Positions 1 through 10,794 of a stretch of DNA of 64,000 nucleotides are shown piece after piece. Made by a program: the position numbers and the translations under genes. The DNA is from Collinsella sp. (GTDB lineage Bacteria; Actinomycetota; Coriobacteriia; Coriobacteriales; Coriobacteriaceae), in the NCBI GenBank assembly GCA_048485835.1, contig DBFWBE010000003.1:86399-150398 (forward strand), written 5' to 3'. Each line of letters begins with the position of its first letter. Position 1 is the first letter of the stretch. The notes under the pieces were generated by a model. That model made no database searches. It saw only the letters and a program-made list of their open reading frames with translations, and was not told where the DNA came from.

Positions 1-894
1 GAGGTAGGCGTCGAGGTGCTTCGTCGACACGCCCCTGAACGGCTCCATGAAGGCGCCGAGGAGCGAGTGGACGGTGTTGACCCGGTTGATGGTCCCCCCG
101 GAGCGGTCCTTGGGGTCGTAGGCCGCGTGCGCGGCGACCTCGAGCTCGGCGAGGACGCCGACGTAGGCGGCCGCCCTGTCGGTCGCGACGACCGAGCCGG
201 CCGCGATGCGGCCCCTCAGCGCGTCCATGGCGCGCTCCCTCGAAAGGGCGCCCCGCCCCGTGACCTCGAGGAACGTCTCGTTCGAGTCGTTCACTCCGGT
301 CATGACGCAGATCCGCTCGCGCGACAGCCCGCGTCTGTGCACCTGCTTGCCGCGGTGCCGGGAGGGGCGCGGCATCGTGAACGACCCCTTCGCGTGGTTG
401 CCCTTGAACGACTCGGGGAAATAGGTCTCGTCGAGCTCGCAGCCGCAGCCCCGCTCGACCCTGAACGAGGGGGAGTAGGCCGAGAGGCACTCGATCAGCC
501 TGTGGCGCATGGTATAGGCGGTCTTGAGGCAGACGCGGCAGCGCCTCGCGCATTCGCGCAGGGGCAGCATGAGCACGAAGCACTCGGCGTAGGCCATCCA
601 GGTCTCCTTCGGGAGCTTGCTCGTCCCCAGGATGCGCTCGCTGCCCATGCCGAAGGTCCTGCCGCAGCCCCGGCAGAGGTAGCGCTGCTCGCCGTTCTTC
701 GATTTGCCCTTCTTCACGACCGCGGCGGACCCGCAGCGCGGGCAGCGTTCGATTTCGTAGGCGGAGCCGGCCGCGTCGTCGAACGCCGCCGCGCGGATCA
801 CGTCCCTGACGGACTCGATAGCGCGGCGGCGCTCGGTCTTGCTGAGGTTCGCCATGCCCTTCTTGAAGTTGAGGACCAGGTCTTCGGCGTTCAT
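1..894 (-). CDS. IS1595-family transposase (ISXO2-like), 3' end runs off the window
   Basis: Manual translation from ATG at 894: MNAEDLVLNF..., Zn ribbon CPRCG...QRYLCRGCGRTF, HTH region, catalytic ELDETY / TD...AY / INRVNTVHS, and C-terminal FRGVSTKHLDAYL. It is absent from the ORF track because no stop lies in the window. Confidence 0.92.
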   Translation of the reverse strand, partial: MNAEDLVLNFKKGMANLSKTERRRAIESVRDVIRAAAFDDAAGSAYEIERCPRCGSAAVVKKGKSKNGEQRYLCRGCGRTFGMGSERILGTSKLPKETWMAYAECFVLMLPLRECARRCRVCLKTAYTMRHRLIECLSAYSPSFRVERGCGCELDETYFPESFKGNHAKGSFTMPRPSRHRGKQVHRRGLSRERICVMTGVNDSNETFLEVTGRGALSRERAMDALRGRIAAGSVVATDRAAAYVGVLAELEVAAHAAYDPKDRSGGTINRVNTVHSLLGAFMEPFRGVSTKHLDAYL

Positions 895-977
895 GCTGCC
901 CCCATCATCGCGGTCTATGGGGTCAACGATATGGCACCGTGGGGACACATGTATGTCAATCCTGGTCTAACAGAGCC
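1..977 (-). mobile_element. IS1595-family insertion sequence, left end near 977
   Basis: Minus strand begins GGCTCTGTTAGACCAGG at 977, a GGC-start end typical of IS1595. It is followed outside by AT-rich AAAAGTTA (possible target duplication). The other end is outside the window. Confidence 0.75.
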
Positions 978-1189
978 AAAAGTTACCACGCCCAGAGTGT
1001 CAAATGTTGAGCAACAAAATTAAATCCGGTTAACGGTCATTTTCGCAGCTCAGAAGCTTTGACGAGGTCGCCCCAAATCACACTTGCCAGATAAACGCGC
1101 TTACGAATGCAGGCACGCACACGCCCAACGCCATCCTCCGCTATATTCAACATAGAGTTATACATATGCTTCTATGTAAGGAGTTTCGT

Positions 1190-1363
1190 ATGCCTGTCGT
1201 AAAGCCTATTTCTGATCAGACGCGCGCGCTAACTACCATTCAGGAACGCGAAGATCACATTCAACGTACCATCGCTCATGGTTACGACGACCTCACCAAC
1301 GGTCGTGTGCGCCCCTGGAAACAAGCGAAGGCCGAGGCGGATCGGATGCGAGCCTCGAGATAA
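1190..1363 (+). pseudogene. Short Phd/YefM-like antitoxin, apparently internally deleted, with no adjacent toxin
   Basis: AAGGAG RBS. N-terminus MPVVKPISD and C-terminus GYDDLTNGRVRPWKQAK resemble the two ends of Phd-type antitoxins, but the protein is only 57 aa. Confidence 0.45.
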
Positions 1364-1494
1364 GCCCTCCCCCATGTAACCATCCTGTAAATCATAGCGG
1401 CGCGCTCGGGTTTTGCTGTGATGCGGTCGCGCCTGACGCTGCACTGTGCTAAAGTATCCCGAACGTTCAAACGACTACGAGGGGGAACTAGAAG

Positions 1495-2619
<1,125 letters not shown>

Positions 2620-2690
2620 CCCGCAGCACGCGGGCCGACCAGCCATCTCAAACCACCCTGTTTAGATCAAAACCTGCTAAGGAGTTTTTC

Positions 2691-3854
2691 ATGCGCAAGA
2701 TTAAGACCATCGACGACATCACCAAGGACGGCAAAGTCGAGTTTGGCGAGGGCTACGAATTTGTGAGCACCGCCGAAGAAGCCGACGCCATCCTGATGCG
2801 CTCGACCGACCTGCACGTCTACGAGCTGCCCGAGGGCATCCGCGCCATCGCCCGCTGCGGCGCCGGCGTCAACAACATTCCCGTCGAGGAGTACGCCAAG
2901 AAGGGCGTCGTCGTCTTTAACTCCCCCGGCGCCAACAGCAACGCCGTCAAGGAGCTCGTCCTGGGCATGCTGGTGCTTTCGAGCCGCGGCGTGGTGCAGT
3001 CGATGAACTGGGTGCGCGACAACGCCGATGATCCCGAGATTCAGGTCGATGCCGAAAAGGCCAAGAAGGCCTTTGTGGGCCGCGAGCTCAAGGGCAAGCG
3101 CATCGGCGTCATCGGTCTGGGCAACGTAGGCTCCAAGGTCGCCAACGCCTGCGTCGACCTGGGCATGGACGTCTACGGCTACGATCCGTTCATTTCCGTC
3201 GAGCACGCGTGGGTGCTGAGCCGCGAGGTGCAGCGCGTGGGCACGCTCGAGGATCTCTGCCGCGGCTGCGATTACCTCACGGTGCACGTGCCCAGCAAGG
3301 CCGACACCATCGGCATGATCAGCACCGAGCAGATTAACCTGCTGGCACCCGACGCCGTGCTCATCAACTACGCACGCGAAACCATCATTGACGAGGACGC
3401 CGTCGACGCCGCCCTGCGCGAGGGCAAGCTCAGCTGGTTTAGCTGCGACTTCGCCACGCCCAAGACGGTCAAGATGCCCAATACGTTTATCACCACGCAC
3501 TCGGGCGCCGGCACCGGCGAAGCCGAGGCCAACTGCGCCGACATGGCCATCAGCGAGCTCAAGGATTACCTGGAGAACGGCAATATCGCGCACAGCGTCA
3601 ACTATCCTGCCTGCAGCATGGGCAAGGCGCGCGCCGCAAGCCGCATCGCCTGCCTGCACGCCAACGTGCCCAACATGATCGGCCAGATCACGGCAATCTT
3701 GGCCAAAGACAACGCCAACGTGCAGCGTATGACCAACGAGTCCGCCGGCGAGAACGCCTACACCATGTTCGACACCGATGAGCACCTGGACAGCAGCACC
3801 ATCGAGGCGCTCAAGCAGATTCCGTCGATGTATCGCGTGCGCGTGATCAAGTAG
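2691..3854 (+). CDS. serA: D-3-phosphoglycerate dehydrogenase with C-terminal ACT domain
   Basis: ARCGAGVNNI, GVIGLGNVG, HANVPNMIGQI (ACT domain). Directly follows serC. Confidence 0.93.
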   Translation: MRKIKTIDDITKDGKVEFGEGYEFVSTAEEADAILMRSTDLHVYELPEGIRAIARCGAGVNNIPVEEYAKKGVVVFNSPGANSNAVKELVLGMLVLSSRGVVQSMNWVRDNADDPEIQVDAEKAKKAFVGRELKGKRIGVIGLGNVGSKVANACVDLGMDVYGYDPFISVEHAWVLSREVQRVGTLEDLCRGCDYLTVHVPSKADTIGMISTEQINLLAPDAVLINYARETIIDEDAVDAALREGKLSWFSCDFATPKTVKMPNTFITTHSGAGTGEAEANCADMAISELKDYLENGNIAHSVNYPACSMGKARAASRIACLHANVPNMIGQITAILAKDNANVQRMTNESAGENAYTMFDTDEHLDSSTIEALKQIPSMYRVRVIK

Positions 3855-3916
3855 CGCCGACTGACCTGACGGGCAGCTCCCCATGTGGCCTGCCCGTCAC
3901 TGACATTGAATGCCCG

Positions 3917-3954
3917 CGGGGGTGCCTTTCGCACGAGAGGCGCCCCCGTTTTTG
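3917..3954 (+). terminator. Probable intrinsic terminator after serA
   Basis: GGGGGTGCCTTTCG...CGAGAGGCGCCCCC stem followed by GTTTTT. Confidence 0.65.
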
Positions 3955-4031
3955 TGAGCGCTCCATTAAATGCACCGAGCCGCTTCTTGGCATACAATCT
4001 GTATGTTGACCTAACTATCTGTGAGGTGCCT

Positions 4032-5252
4032 ATGGTTGATACAGATTTTGCCTGGCGGCTTACGCAAGGGCTCGTGCGGATCGACAGTTCCGACCTAGGT
4101 GCGTATGAGGGCGAGATTGAACGCTATATCAAAGCGTTGGTTGAGGAACGGTTGGCGCAGCTGAGCCATCCGGTACTCGATGCCGTGCAGGTTGAGGAAC
4201 TCGAGGTGCTGCCCGGGCGCCGCAACCTTATGGTCACCGTGCCGGGACTGAGCGACGAGCCACGGCTCGTCTATATCTGCCATATGGATACCGTTACACT
4301 GGGCGATGGCTGGGACGCGGACATTCCGCCGCTCGGAGCGATCGTGCGCAACGATAAACTCTATGGCCGCGGTGCCTGCGATATGAAGGGTGGCCTGGCC
4401 TGCGCCATTGCCGCACTGGTCCATACGCTCGAGCGCGTGGCGGCAGAAGGCAAGCTGCCCCGCCGTGGCTTCTCACTCATTTGCTCGGTCGACGAGGAGG
4501 ACTTTATGCGCGGCTCAGAGGCCACGATCGATGCTGGCTGGGTCGGCTCGCGTGAATGGGTGCTGGACACCGAGCCCACCGACGGACAGATCCAGGTGGC
4601 GCACAAGGGGCGTACGTGGTTCGAGATTGAAATGACTGGCGTGACGGCGCATGCGAGCCAGCCCTGGAAGGGCGCGGATGCCGTCGCTGCCATGGCCGAG
4701 GTCGTGTGTTCGCTCCGTCGCGCGTTTATGGCGCTGCCCGCGCACGATGAGCTGGGGCCTTCGACCATCACGTTTGGCCAAATCGAGGGCGGATATCGCC
4801 CCTACGTCGTACCCGACCGCGCCAAAGTCTGGGTCGACATGCGCCTGACCCCGCCGACCGATACGGCCGCCGCGACGCGCATGGTAGAGCAGGCCATCGC
4901 CGTCGCCGAAGCCGCCGTTCCCGGTTGCCATGGCAGCTACACCGTAACGGGCAACCGCCCCGCCATCGAGCGCGACCCGAACTCTCCCCTTCTAGCAGCG
5001 CTCAAGCGTGCCGCCGATGACGTGACGGACGCGGACACGACCGTCGGCTTCTTTACCGGCTACACCGACACCGCCGTCATTGCCGGCAAGACAGGTAACC
5101 GCAATTGCATGAGCTACGGTCCCGGGTCGCTCGCGCTCGCGCACAAGCCCAACGAATATGTGCCCCACGCCGATATCGTTCGTTGTCAGCAGGTGCTAAT
5201 CGCGCTCGCCGATAACGTGCTCTGGGACGCGAGCGGCCAAGTTGGGGCATAA
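4032..5252 (+). CDS. M20 family metallopeptidase/deacylase (ArgE/DapE-like)
   Basis: CHMDTV, YGRGACDMKGG, VDEE, AHKPNEY. GAGGTG RBS before ATG 4032. Confidence 0.9.
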   Translation: MVDTDFAWRLTQGLVRIDSSDLGAYEGEIERYIKALVEERLAQLSHPVLDAVQVEELEVLPGRRNLMVTVPGLSDEPRLVYICHMDTVTLGDGWDADIPPLGAIVRNDKLYGRGACDMKGGLACAIAALVHTLERVAAEGKLPRRGFSLICSVDEEDFMRGSEATIDAGWVGSREWVLDTEPTDGQIQVAHKGRTWFEIEMTGVTAHASQPWKGADAVAAMAEVVCSLRRAFMALPAHDELGPSTITFGQIEGGYRPYVVPDRAKVWVDMRLTPPTDTAAATRMVEQAIAVAEAAVPGCHGSYTVTGNRPAIERDPNSPLLAALKRAADDVTDADTTVGFFTGYTDTAVIAGKTGNRNCMSYGPGSLALAHKPNEYVPHADIVRCQQVLIALADNVLWDASGQVGA

Positions 5253-5291
5253 TAAGCCGCGAACAAACCGACTCGTGCGTTAGGACCGCCC

Positions 5292-5972
5292 ATGAAAGCA
5301 CTTCCGTTTCCCTGCATCCGCCCGGCTCAGGACCGCGTGCTCGAGGCGCTGCCTGCAATGGGCAGCATCCTGAGCGGCAACGATGCTCTGCGCGGAGCCC
5401 TTGCCGATGGTCTGATGCTCAAGGACCCGGGTGCGGCGTATTACGTGTACGAATGCTCGGGCGAGCCGGGACGTGTGACGGGTGTCGTGGCGATCTGCCC
5501 GGTTGGTGCGCTGGCGGGCGGCGACGCGGTTGCCGCCGATACGACCGCCGCTGCGCGCGCAATCGCCGACCTCAAGGTACAGCCCCGTCCCGTAACGCTT
5601 GTCTACGAAGCCTCTCCCGTCATGGATATCATCCTCGGCGCCGCAAAAGAGGGCGCTTCACTCTATGCCGTCACCGACCCCGCCGGCATTACGCACCGCG
5701 TGTGGGAGGTCAAGCGCGAGGACGCCGTCGGGGCCATCCGCGCCATGCTCGACCAGGCGCCGGAGCCGGCACTGGCCGACGACCCTGCCTACGCTGTCGC
5801 ACTAGTCGAGGCATCACAGCTCCTGGCCGACGATGCACGTGCCGCCGGCACCTACACGGGCAAAGAGCCGTTCAACTTTGCCGTAGCTGCGCTCTTCCCC
5901 GCCGCGCAGGTCAGCGGCGGCGCGGCGCAGGTTCCGACGGGTCTGCTCACGCACCAGGTCGCGCGGTTCTAG
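5292..5972 (+). CDS. Shortened DUF1015-like protein
   Basis: N-terminal PF..IRP, AYYVYE, QPRPV.L.Y, GITHRVWEV, FNF...LFP and C-terminal TGLL.H resemble DUF1015, which usually accompanies serC/serA. It is shorter than typical members. Confidence 0.6.
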   Translation: MKALPFPCIRPAQDRVLEALPAMGSILSGNDALRGALADGLMLKDPGAAYYVYECSGEPGRVTGVVAICPVGALAGGDAVAADTTAAARAIADLKVQPRPVTLVYEASPVMDIILGAAKEGASLYAVTDPAGITHRVWEVKREDAVGAIRAMLDQAPEPALADDPAYAVALVEASQLLADDARAAGTYTGKEPFNFAVAALFPAAQVSGGAAQVPTGLLTHQVARF

Positions 5973-6101
5973 CAAGATCAGACCGTCCAGCACAAAAATC
6001 GGCAGCCCAACAAACAGGGGGCGGAGATGCAGCAGGTACATGCATCTCCGCCCCTTTTGCGTCGAGAAGTTATGCCGACGACCCGTGCCGCCGCGCTCGC
6101 G

Positions 6102-6737
6102 TTATCCGCGCTGCGGACCCGCAGTAGCCACGAGCGGTTCAAGCCCCAGCTCGCGCGCGTAGTCTTCCTGCGTAAAGACTTCGACCAGTTCAAACGTATC
6201 GGCCGCATCGTCAAACGCAAAATGCAGCACTGAGCAGTTGCCCGGCACGCGTTCGCGCTCGTCGGCCGCCGCGCCCCGCACGTGGTCCAAAAACTCCTTG
6301 ATAGCCGAACCGTGGCTCACCGCGAGCACGCACTCGTGGTCCGGACGTCGCATAAGATCGGTTATCGTCACCGCCATGCGCTCGCGCACCTGCATCTGGC
6401 CCTCGCCGCCAAACTGACGATAGAAATCTCGCCACGGGCGCTCGGGCATAAGCATCACGCGCTCGGCCTCAAAGTCGCCAAAGAACCACTCACGCAGACC
6501 GTCCAGGCGCTCGTACGCCAAGCCCGGCCACAGGTTGGCGATAGTCTGCTCGGTGCGATGAAGTGTGGAGGTGTAGGCATGATCGGGTTCAATGCCGCGC
6601 GCACGTAAGAACATGCCGGCACGCGCCGCCTGGTCGCAACCCAACTGCGTAAGCGGCGAGTCACTCCAACCCTGAATAATGCGCTTAAGGTTGAATATTG
6701 TCTGCCCATGACGAACCAGATACAGGTCTTTATTCAT
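6102..6737 (-). CDS. Histidine phosphatase family protein
   Basis: LYLVRHGQT, QGWSDSPLT, LREWFFG, VSHG. Confidence 0.92.
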   Translation of the reverse strand: MNKDLYLVRHGQTIFNLKRIIQGWSDSPLTQLGCDQAARAGMFLRARGIEPDHAYTSTLHRTEQTIANLWPGLAYERLDGLREWFFGDFEAERVMLMPERPWRDFYRQFGGEGQMQVRERMAVTITDLMRRPDHECVLAVSHGSAIKEFLDHVRGAAADERERVPGNCSVLHFAFDDAADTFELVEVFTQEDYARELGLEPLVATAGPQRG

Positions 6738-6754
6738 AGGGGTCCTTTCGTTCG

Positions 6755-7297
6755 TTACCAATCAAGGAGCGAAAACGCACCGTCGCAATAGCCAAAATGA
6801 AGCACGGCACCGTTGTCGGGTAGCTCTCCCCTGCCAGTCACATACTCAAGAAACTCCTGGCAGGAAGAGCCGTGGGAGACTGCCAGCACACAGTCGTGCT
6901 GCGGCCTGGCCATGATGTGGGACAGCGCCGCGACCATGCGCGACTGGAGCTCGCCTTCAGACTCGCCACCAAAGGCCACCGGATAATCACCCCAGGGCTG
7001 CGGCGGCATCTCGCGATTTGATGTACCCTCCAGCGAGCCCAAATGCCACTCGCGCAGGTCATCGACCAGCTCTATCGAGCGGCCCTCACCAGCAATTAGC
7101 TCAGCCGTATGCCGCGCCCGGCCCAACGGCGAGGAATACACACGGTCAAAGGTCACGCCACGCGCCTCAAACGCCGCGCGCGTCGCCAGCGCCTGCTCGC
7201 GCCCGCGCGCCGTAAGCGGCGAATCGTGCCCACCCTGCAAAATGTTCTGCACATTGAGCTCAGTCTGCCCATGCCGCACCAAATACAAATCTGCCAC
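6755..7297 (-). CDS. Histidine phosphatase family protein (paralog)
   Basis: LYLVRHGQT, SSPLGRA, LREWHLG, VSHG. Confidence 0.92.
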   Translation of the reverse strand: MADLYLVRHGQTELNVQNILQGGHDSPLTARGREQALATRAAFEARGVTFDRVYSSPLGRARHTAELIAGEGRSIELVDDLREWHLGSLEGTSNREMPPQPWGDYPVAFGGESEGELQSRMVAALSHIMARPQHDCVLAVSHGSSCQEFLEYVTGRGELPDNGAVLHFGYCDGAFSLLDW

Positions 7298-7312
7298 ACG
7301 TCCTCCCCTCGC

Positions 7313-7347
7313 ACCACCGCAAAGGGGACAGGTACCTTTGTGGTGGT
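7313..7347. repeat. REP-like hairpin with GGGAC-containing loop
   Basis: ACCACCGCAAAG-GGGACAGGTAC-CTTTGTGGTGGT. Confidence 0.6.
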
Positions 7348-7379
7348 TTACCGCCGGATCACACCGCGGTGACGCTCAG

Positions 7380-8051
7380 CTACACCAGTACGTCGGCAAG
7401 CGGGCGCTTGGGTACGTGGTGCACCTGCGCCTCGTCGCGCCAGTAATTAATTGAGCCGTCGGGGTTGGAATCGATCGCATCGATCACCTGCGTCTCGGCC
7501 GGAACGCCAAACGCCATGATCAGCTTGAGCTCATACTTATCGCTATCGAGCCCCATGGCATCGATCGCGTGGGGCGTAAAGGCCTTGAACATGCAGGCAG
7601 CCACCTCGGGCGTGGCGCTGCGGGCGGCGAGCATCATCGTCTGCGCGGCAATGCCCGTGTCGACCTCAGTAATAGGAGCGGCGGGCTTACCCGGAACGGC
7701 GCGCTCGGCAAGAATCGCGATGTAGCCGGTCGGGCGCTCGCCCTCATCGGGACCCGGCCAATCCTTAAGTGCACCGGCCCATGCAAGCTCGTCAAATACA
7801 CGCGCGCAGTCCTCTGCACCGCTTACCACATGAAAACGCAGACGCTGAGCATTGGCACCACAGGGAGTCAGGTGCGCCAGCTCCGCCAGCTCAAGCAAAA
7901 GCTCACGCGGCACGCGCATGGACTCGTCAAAGCGACGGCACGTGCGGGCGCAGCGAACCAACGCATCAAACGCGTCCAAGCCGAGCTTTTCGCAACCCTG
8001 CTCTGCCATCGATTCGACACTCGACGGTGCCTCGGGAACTGCTTCGTTCAT
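7380..8051 (-). CDS. Nitroreductase family protein
   Basis: RTCRRFD, PCGANAQ, DTGIAAQTMMLAA, HVPKR. Confidence 0.9.
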   Translation of the reverse strand: MNEAVPEAPSSVESMAEQGCEKLGLDAFDALVRCARTCRRFDESMRVPRELLLELAELAHLTPCGANAQRLRFHVVSGAEDCARVFDELAWAGALKDWPGPDEGERPTGYIAILAERAVPGKPAAPITEVDTGIAAQTMMLAARSATPEVAACMFKAFTPHAIDAMGLDSDKYELKLIMAFGVPAETQVIDAIDSNPDGSINYWRDEAQVHHVPKRPLADVLV

Positions 8052-8286
8052 AGGGACCCCCAATACAAGCCAATTGTCCTTAGGAAAATCTATCCTAAAA
8101 CGTAGGCAATAACGAACAGGGCTGCAATGTTCTACACCTGTTGAATAGAAAATCGCGACGTGGGGAACAACGGAAACAATTCAGGGCCTTTGGGTTACGT
8201 TTCGCCCTCCCCGACCCATACGCCAGCGCCTTTAGGCGATACTGGTTGTAACGATCAAGGCTTACGCCGCACGGAAAGGAGACATT

Positions 8287-8889
8287 ATGGGCATCTTTAA
8301 GAACGATGACCAAAAATCGAGCCAGTTTGGATTTGACGAGAAAAGCATGGCAGGCAAGGCCGTCAAGGCCGTGCGCTGGATTTACGCCATCACGGGCGTC
8401 TTGGCGCTCGTCGCCGGCATCGCACTGCTGTTTGCGCCCGCCAAGTCCCTCGTCTTCCTAACGACCGTCTTGGGCTTCTACTTTGTGATCACGGCCGCGA
8501 TCAGGCTGTTTACCGCTGTTTTCGAGCCACTGCTGCCCACCGGCTGGCGCGTGACGAGCATCATCTCCAACCTACTCATTATCTTGGGCGGCGTCATAAT
8601 CCTGCGCAACCAGGCCTTCTCGACCGCGACGCTCACCACGATGGTGGTTATCGTGGCCGGCTTTGGCTGGATCGTCGAAGGTGTCATGTCCATTCTGGAG
8701 TCCGAGCTTTCGTCCAACCGTGCCCTCGCCATCCTGAGCGGCGCGCTCTCCATCATCGCCGGCATGTTCGTGTTTATCTATCCGCTGTGGTCGGCCAAGA
8801 TGCTCGTCATCTTTAGCGGCACCGCACTGCTGGTGTTTGGCGTAACGCTGATTGTTCGCGCTATTCAATTTGGCAAACTGGTGCACTAG
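8287..8889 (+). CDS. HdeD/DUF308 family membrane protein
   Basis: About six hydrophobic segments arranged in two repeats. AAAGGAG RBS. Confidence 0.8.
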   Translation: MGIFKNDDQKSSQFGFDEKSMAGKAVKAVRWIYAITGVLALVAGIALLFAPAKSLVFLTTVLGFYFVITAAIRLFTAVFEPLLPTGWRVTSIISNLLIILGGVIILRNQAFSTATLTTMVVIVAGFGWIVEGVMSILESELSSNRALAILSGALSIIAGMFVFIYPLWSAKMLVIFSGTALLVFGVTLIVRAIQFGKLVH

Positions 8890-9372
8890 ATGCCGCGAAC
8901 GCTCTTTATTGATGCAGACGCCTGCCCGGTCACGCGCGAGTCGATTGACTGCGCGCGGCGGGCGGGCGTCGCCGTCGTTATCGCCGGCAACAGCACACAG
9001 AACCTGGAACGCCACATTCGTCGCGACGATCCGCGCGACGTCGAGCATGCGCGACGCGGATTTTGGGTCACGACGCTCGACGTGAGCGTGGGCGCCGACA
9101 GCGCCGACTTTGCCATTGTCGAACGCCTGCAGGCGGGCGACGTGGTCGTGACGCAGGACATTGGCTTGGCGAGCATGGTGCTCGGGCGCGATGCCGCCGC
9201 CATCGGTGTGCGCGGGCGCGCGTACGACAAGGCGACTATCGATATGCAGCTGTTTATTCGCCACGAGGAAAAGAAGGTACGCCGCGCCGGCGGACGCACT
9301 CGCGGTCCGGCAGCATTTACCAGCGAAGACCGCGCCCGCTTTAAACGCAACCTCACCGAGTTGCTGCACTAA
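8890..9372 (+). CDS. YaiI/YqxD (DUF188) family protein
   Basis: IDADACPV, DSADFAI, VVTQDIGLA. Confidence 0.92.
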   Translation: MPRTLFIDADACPVTRESIDCARRAGVAVVIAGNSTQNLERHIRRDDPRDVEHARRGFWVTTLDVSVGADSADFAIVERLQAGDVVVTQDIGLASMVLGRDAAAIGVRGRAYDKATIDMQLFIRHEEKKVRRAGGRTRGPAAFTSEDRARFKRNLTELLH

Positions 9373-9374
9373 CC

Positions 9375-9411
9375 AAGGTAGGTTTTTGGGACATGCCTAA
9401 TAATCTACCTT
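9375..9411. repeat. REP-like hairpin with GGGAC-containing loop
   Basis: AAGGTAGGTT...TGGGACATGCC...AATCTACCTT. Confidence 0.55.
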
Positions 9412-9453
9412 TTTGTTTTGAGCGGTGTGAGCGCTCGGAATCCATGGCTCAAC

Positions 9454-9531
9454 AAAAAAACGGGCTTCAAAATGCCATGCGTCGCCGCATTGCGCAGGCG
9501 CCGAGCATGGCTATTTGAAGCCCGTTTTTTT
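9454..9531. repeat. Long imperfect hairpin between convergent genes (likely bidirectional terminator)
   Basis: AAAAAAACGGGCTTCAAAATGCCATGC ... GCATGGCTATTTGAAGCCCGTTTTTT. Confidence 0.65.
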
Positions 9532-9539
9532 AGGCCTAC

Positions 9540-10622
9540 TTAGAGGCCGAAGGCGGATAGGATAAGGCCCCAGCCGGCGCCGATGACGTACATCATGACC
9601 AGGAACACGGCGTTTTCACGAGCGCTGCGGTTGGTGCGGAACAGGACCAGGTAGCCCACGCCGGCGGAAATAAGCGTGCCGGCGAGCATCGGCGCCAGCT
9701 GTAGCGCGCCCTCCAGGTACAGCTGCGTAATGACCACGCTCGCCGAGCAGTTGGGGATCAGGCCGACAAGCGCCGAACCCAGGACGGCGAGCGTCTCGTT
9801 GCCACGCAGGAACTGCTCGATCGCGGACTCGCCGAAGGTCTCGAGCACGGCGACCAGAATCAGCGTCACCAGAAAAATGAATACCGATACCTGCACGGTG
9901 TGCGAGATCGCGCTGCGGATGATCGACAGGACAGGCGTCCCTTCGTGGGAGTGGGAGTGACCGTGGCCATCATGGTGTTCATGCTCGCCCTCATGACCGT
10001 GATCGTGTCCGTGTTCGTGCTCGTCCTCATCCTCGTCACAGCCGCAATGATCGCGTTCGCACAGCTCGTGGATGTGATCAGCACTTACGCCCGCCTCGGC
10101 CACTTCATCAATGATGTCGCCCCCGGTATGGTCGTCGTGCGCGCAGTTCACATGGGTAGGATTGGCCGCGGTTCCCAGCACGGTGCGGCGAATCGCCGCG
10201 TGCGCGCGGGCGTTACGGCGCAGGCCGCGAATGGCAGCGTCCACGATAAAACCCGTGACCAGTGCGATCAGTGCCTTCGAAGCCAAAAGCATTGCCATAG
10301 TCTGCATGGGAACCTGCTCGGCAAGCAGCAGCGGCAGCATCTCGTCAGAGGTCGAGAGAAACACCGCCACCAGGGTACCCAGCGTCACAACGCGACCGGC
10401 GTACAGCGTGGCCGCCATGGCCGAAAAGCCGCACTGCGGCACCATGCCCAGCAACGATCCAACCACGGGGCCCGCGGCACCGGCACGCTTGATGGCGCCG
10501 TTAACGCGGTCGCCTGCAACGTGCTCAAGGGTCTCAAGAGCCAAATACGTCACCAACAAAAACGGCACCAGCGAGAGCGTGTCCTTGCCGGCGTCGAGCA
10601 GAATATCAATCAGCAAATCCAT
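9540..10622 (-). CDS. Putative metal permease (DUF2899 / 'putative manganese transporter' type) with His-rich loop
   Basis: Duplicated GMVPQCGFS / GLIPNCSAS motifs, STSDEM, EHEHGHDHGHEGEHEHHDGHGHSHSH loop. Confidence 0.8.
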   Translation of the reverse strand: MDLLIDILLDAGKDTLSLVPFLLVTYLALETLEHVAGDRVNGAIKRAGAAGPVVGSLLGMVPQCGFSAMAATLYAGRVVTLGTLVAVFLSTSDEMLPLLLAEQVPMQTMAMLLASKALIALVTGFIVDAAIRGLRRNARAHAAIRRTVLGTAANPTHVNCAHDDHTGGDIIDEVAEAGVSADHIHELCERDHCGCDEDEDEHEHGHDHGHEGEHEHHDGHGHSHSHEGTPVLSIIRSAISHTVQVSVFIFLVTLILVAVLETFGESAIEQFLRGNETLAVLGSALVGLIPNCSASVVITQLYLEGALQLAPMLAGTLISAGVGYLVLFRTNRSARENAVFLVMMYVIGAGWGLILSAFGL

Positions 10623-10661
10623 GACGGATGGAACCTTTCGTGTCTTTCGGCAGCATTGTAA

Positions 10662-10732
10662 AAGTCCTAGCGGTCAACTAGGGTATTGTAGTTGTCCTAG
10701 GCGCGATGCCAATAGTTGCCCATGGTAAACTA
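10662..10732. promoter_or_regulatory. Candidate DtxR/MntR-type boxes upstream of the metal permease
   Basis: TAGTTGCCCATGGTAAACTA (10713-10732, imperfect palindrome) plus related sites at 10662-10680 and ~10689. Similar boxes occur at 17051-17142. Confidence 0.5.
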
Positions 10733-10794
10733 TCATCTCGCCACATCTCAATGAACCCGAGCCGCGCGGTGTGGCCCGTCCAAGGAGCAGTTAT

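Noticed and set aside
940..953. GGGACACATG in the IS leader, resembling the lipoprotein motif
   Set aside because: Only half of the motif matches and the dyad is missing, so it is likely chance.
16..1023. 335-aa plus-strand ORF
   Set aside because: Antisense shadow of the IS1595 transposase, with no recognisable motifs.
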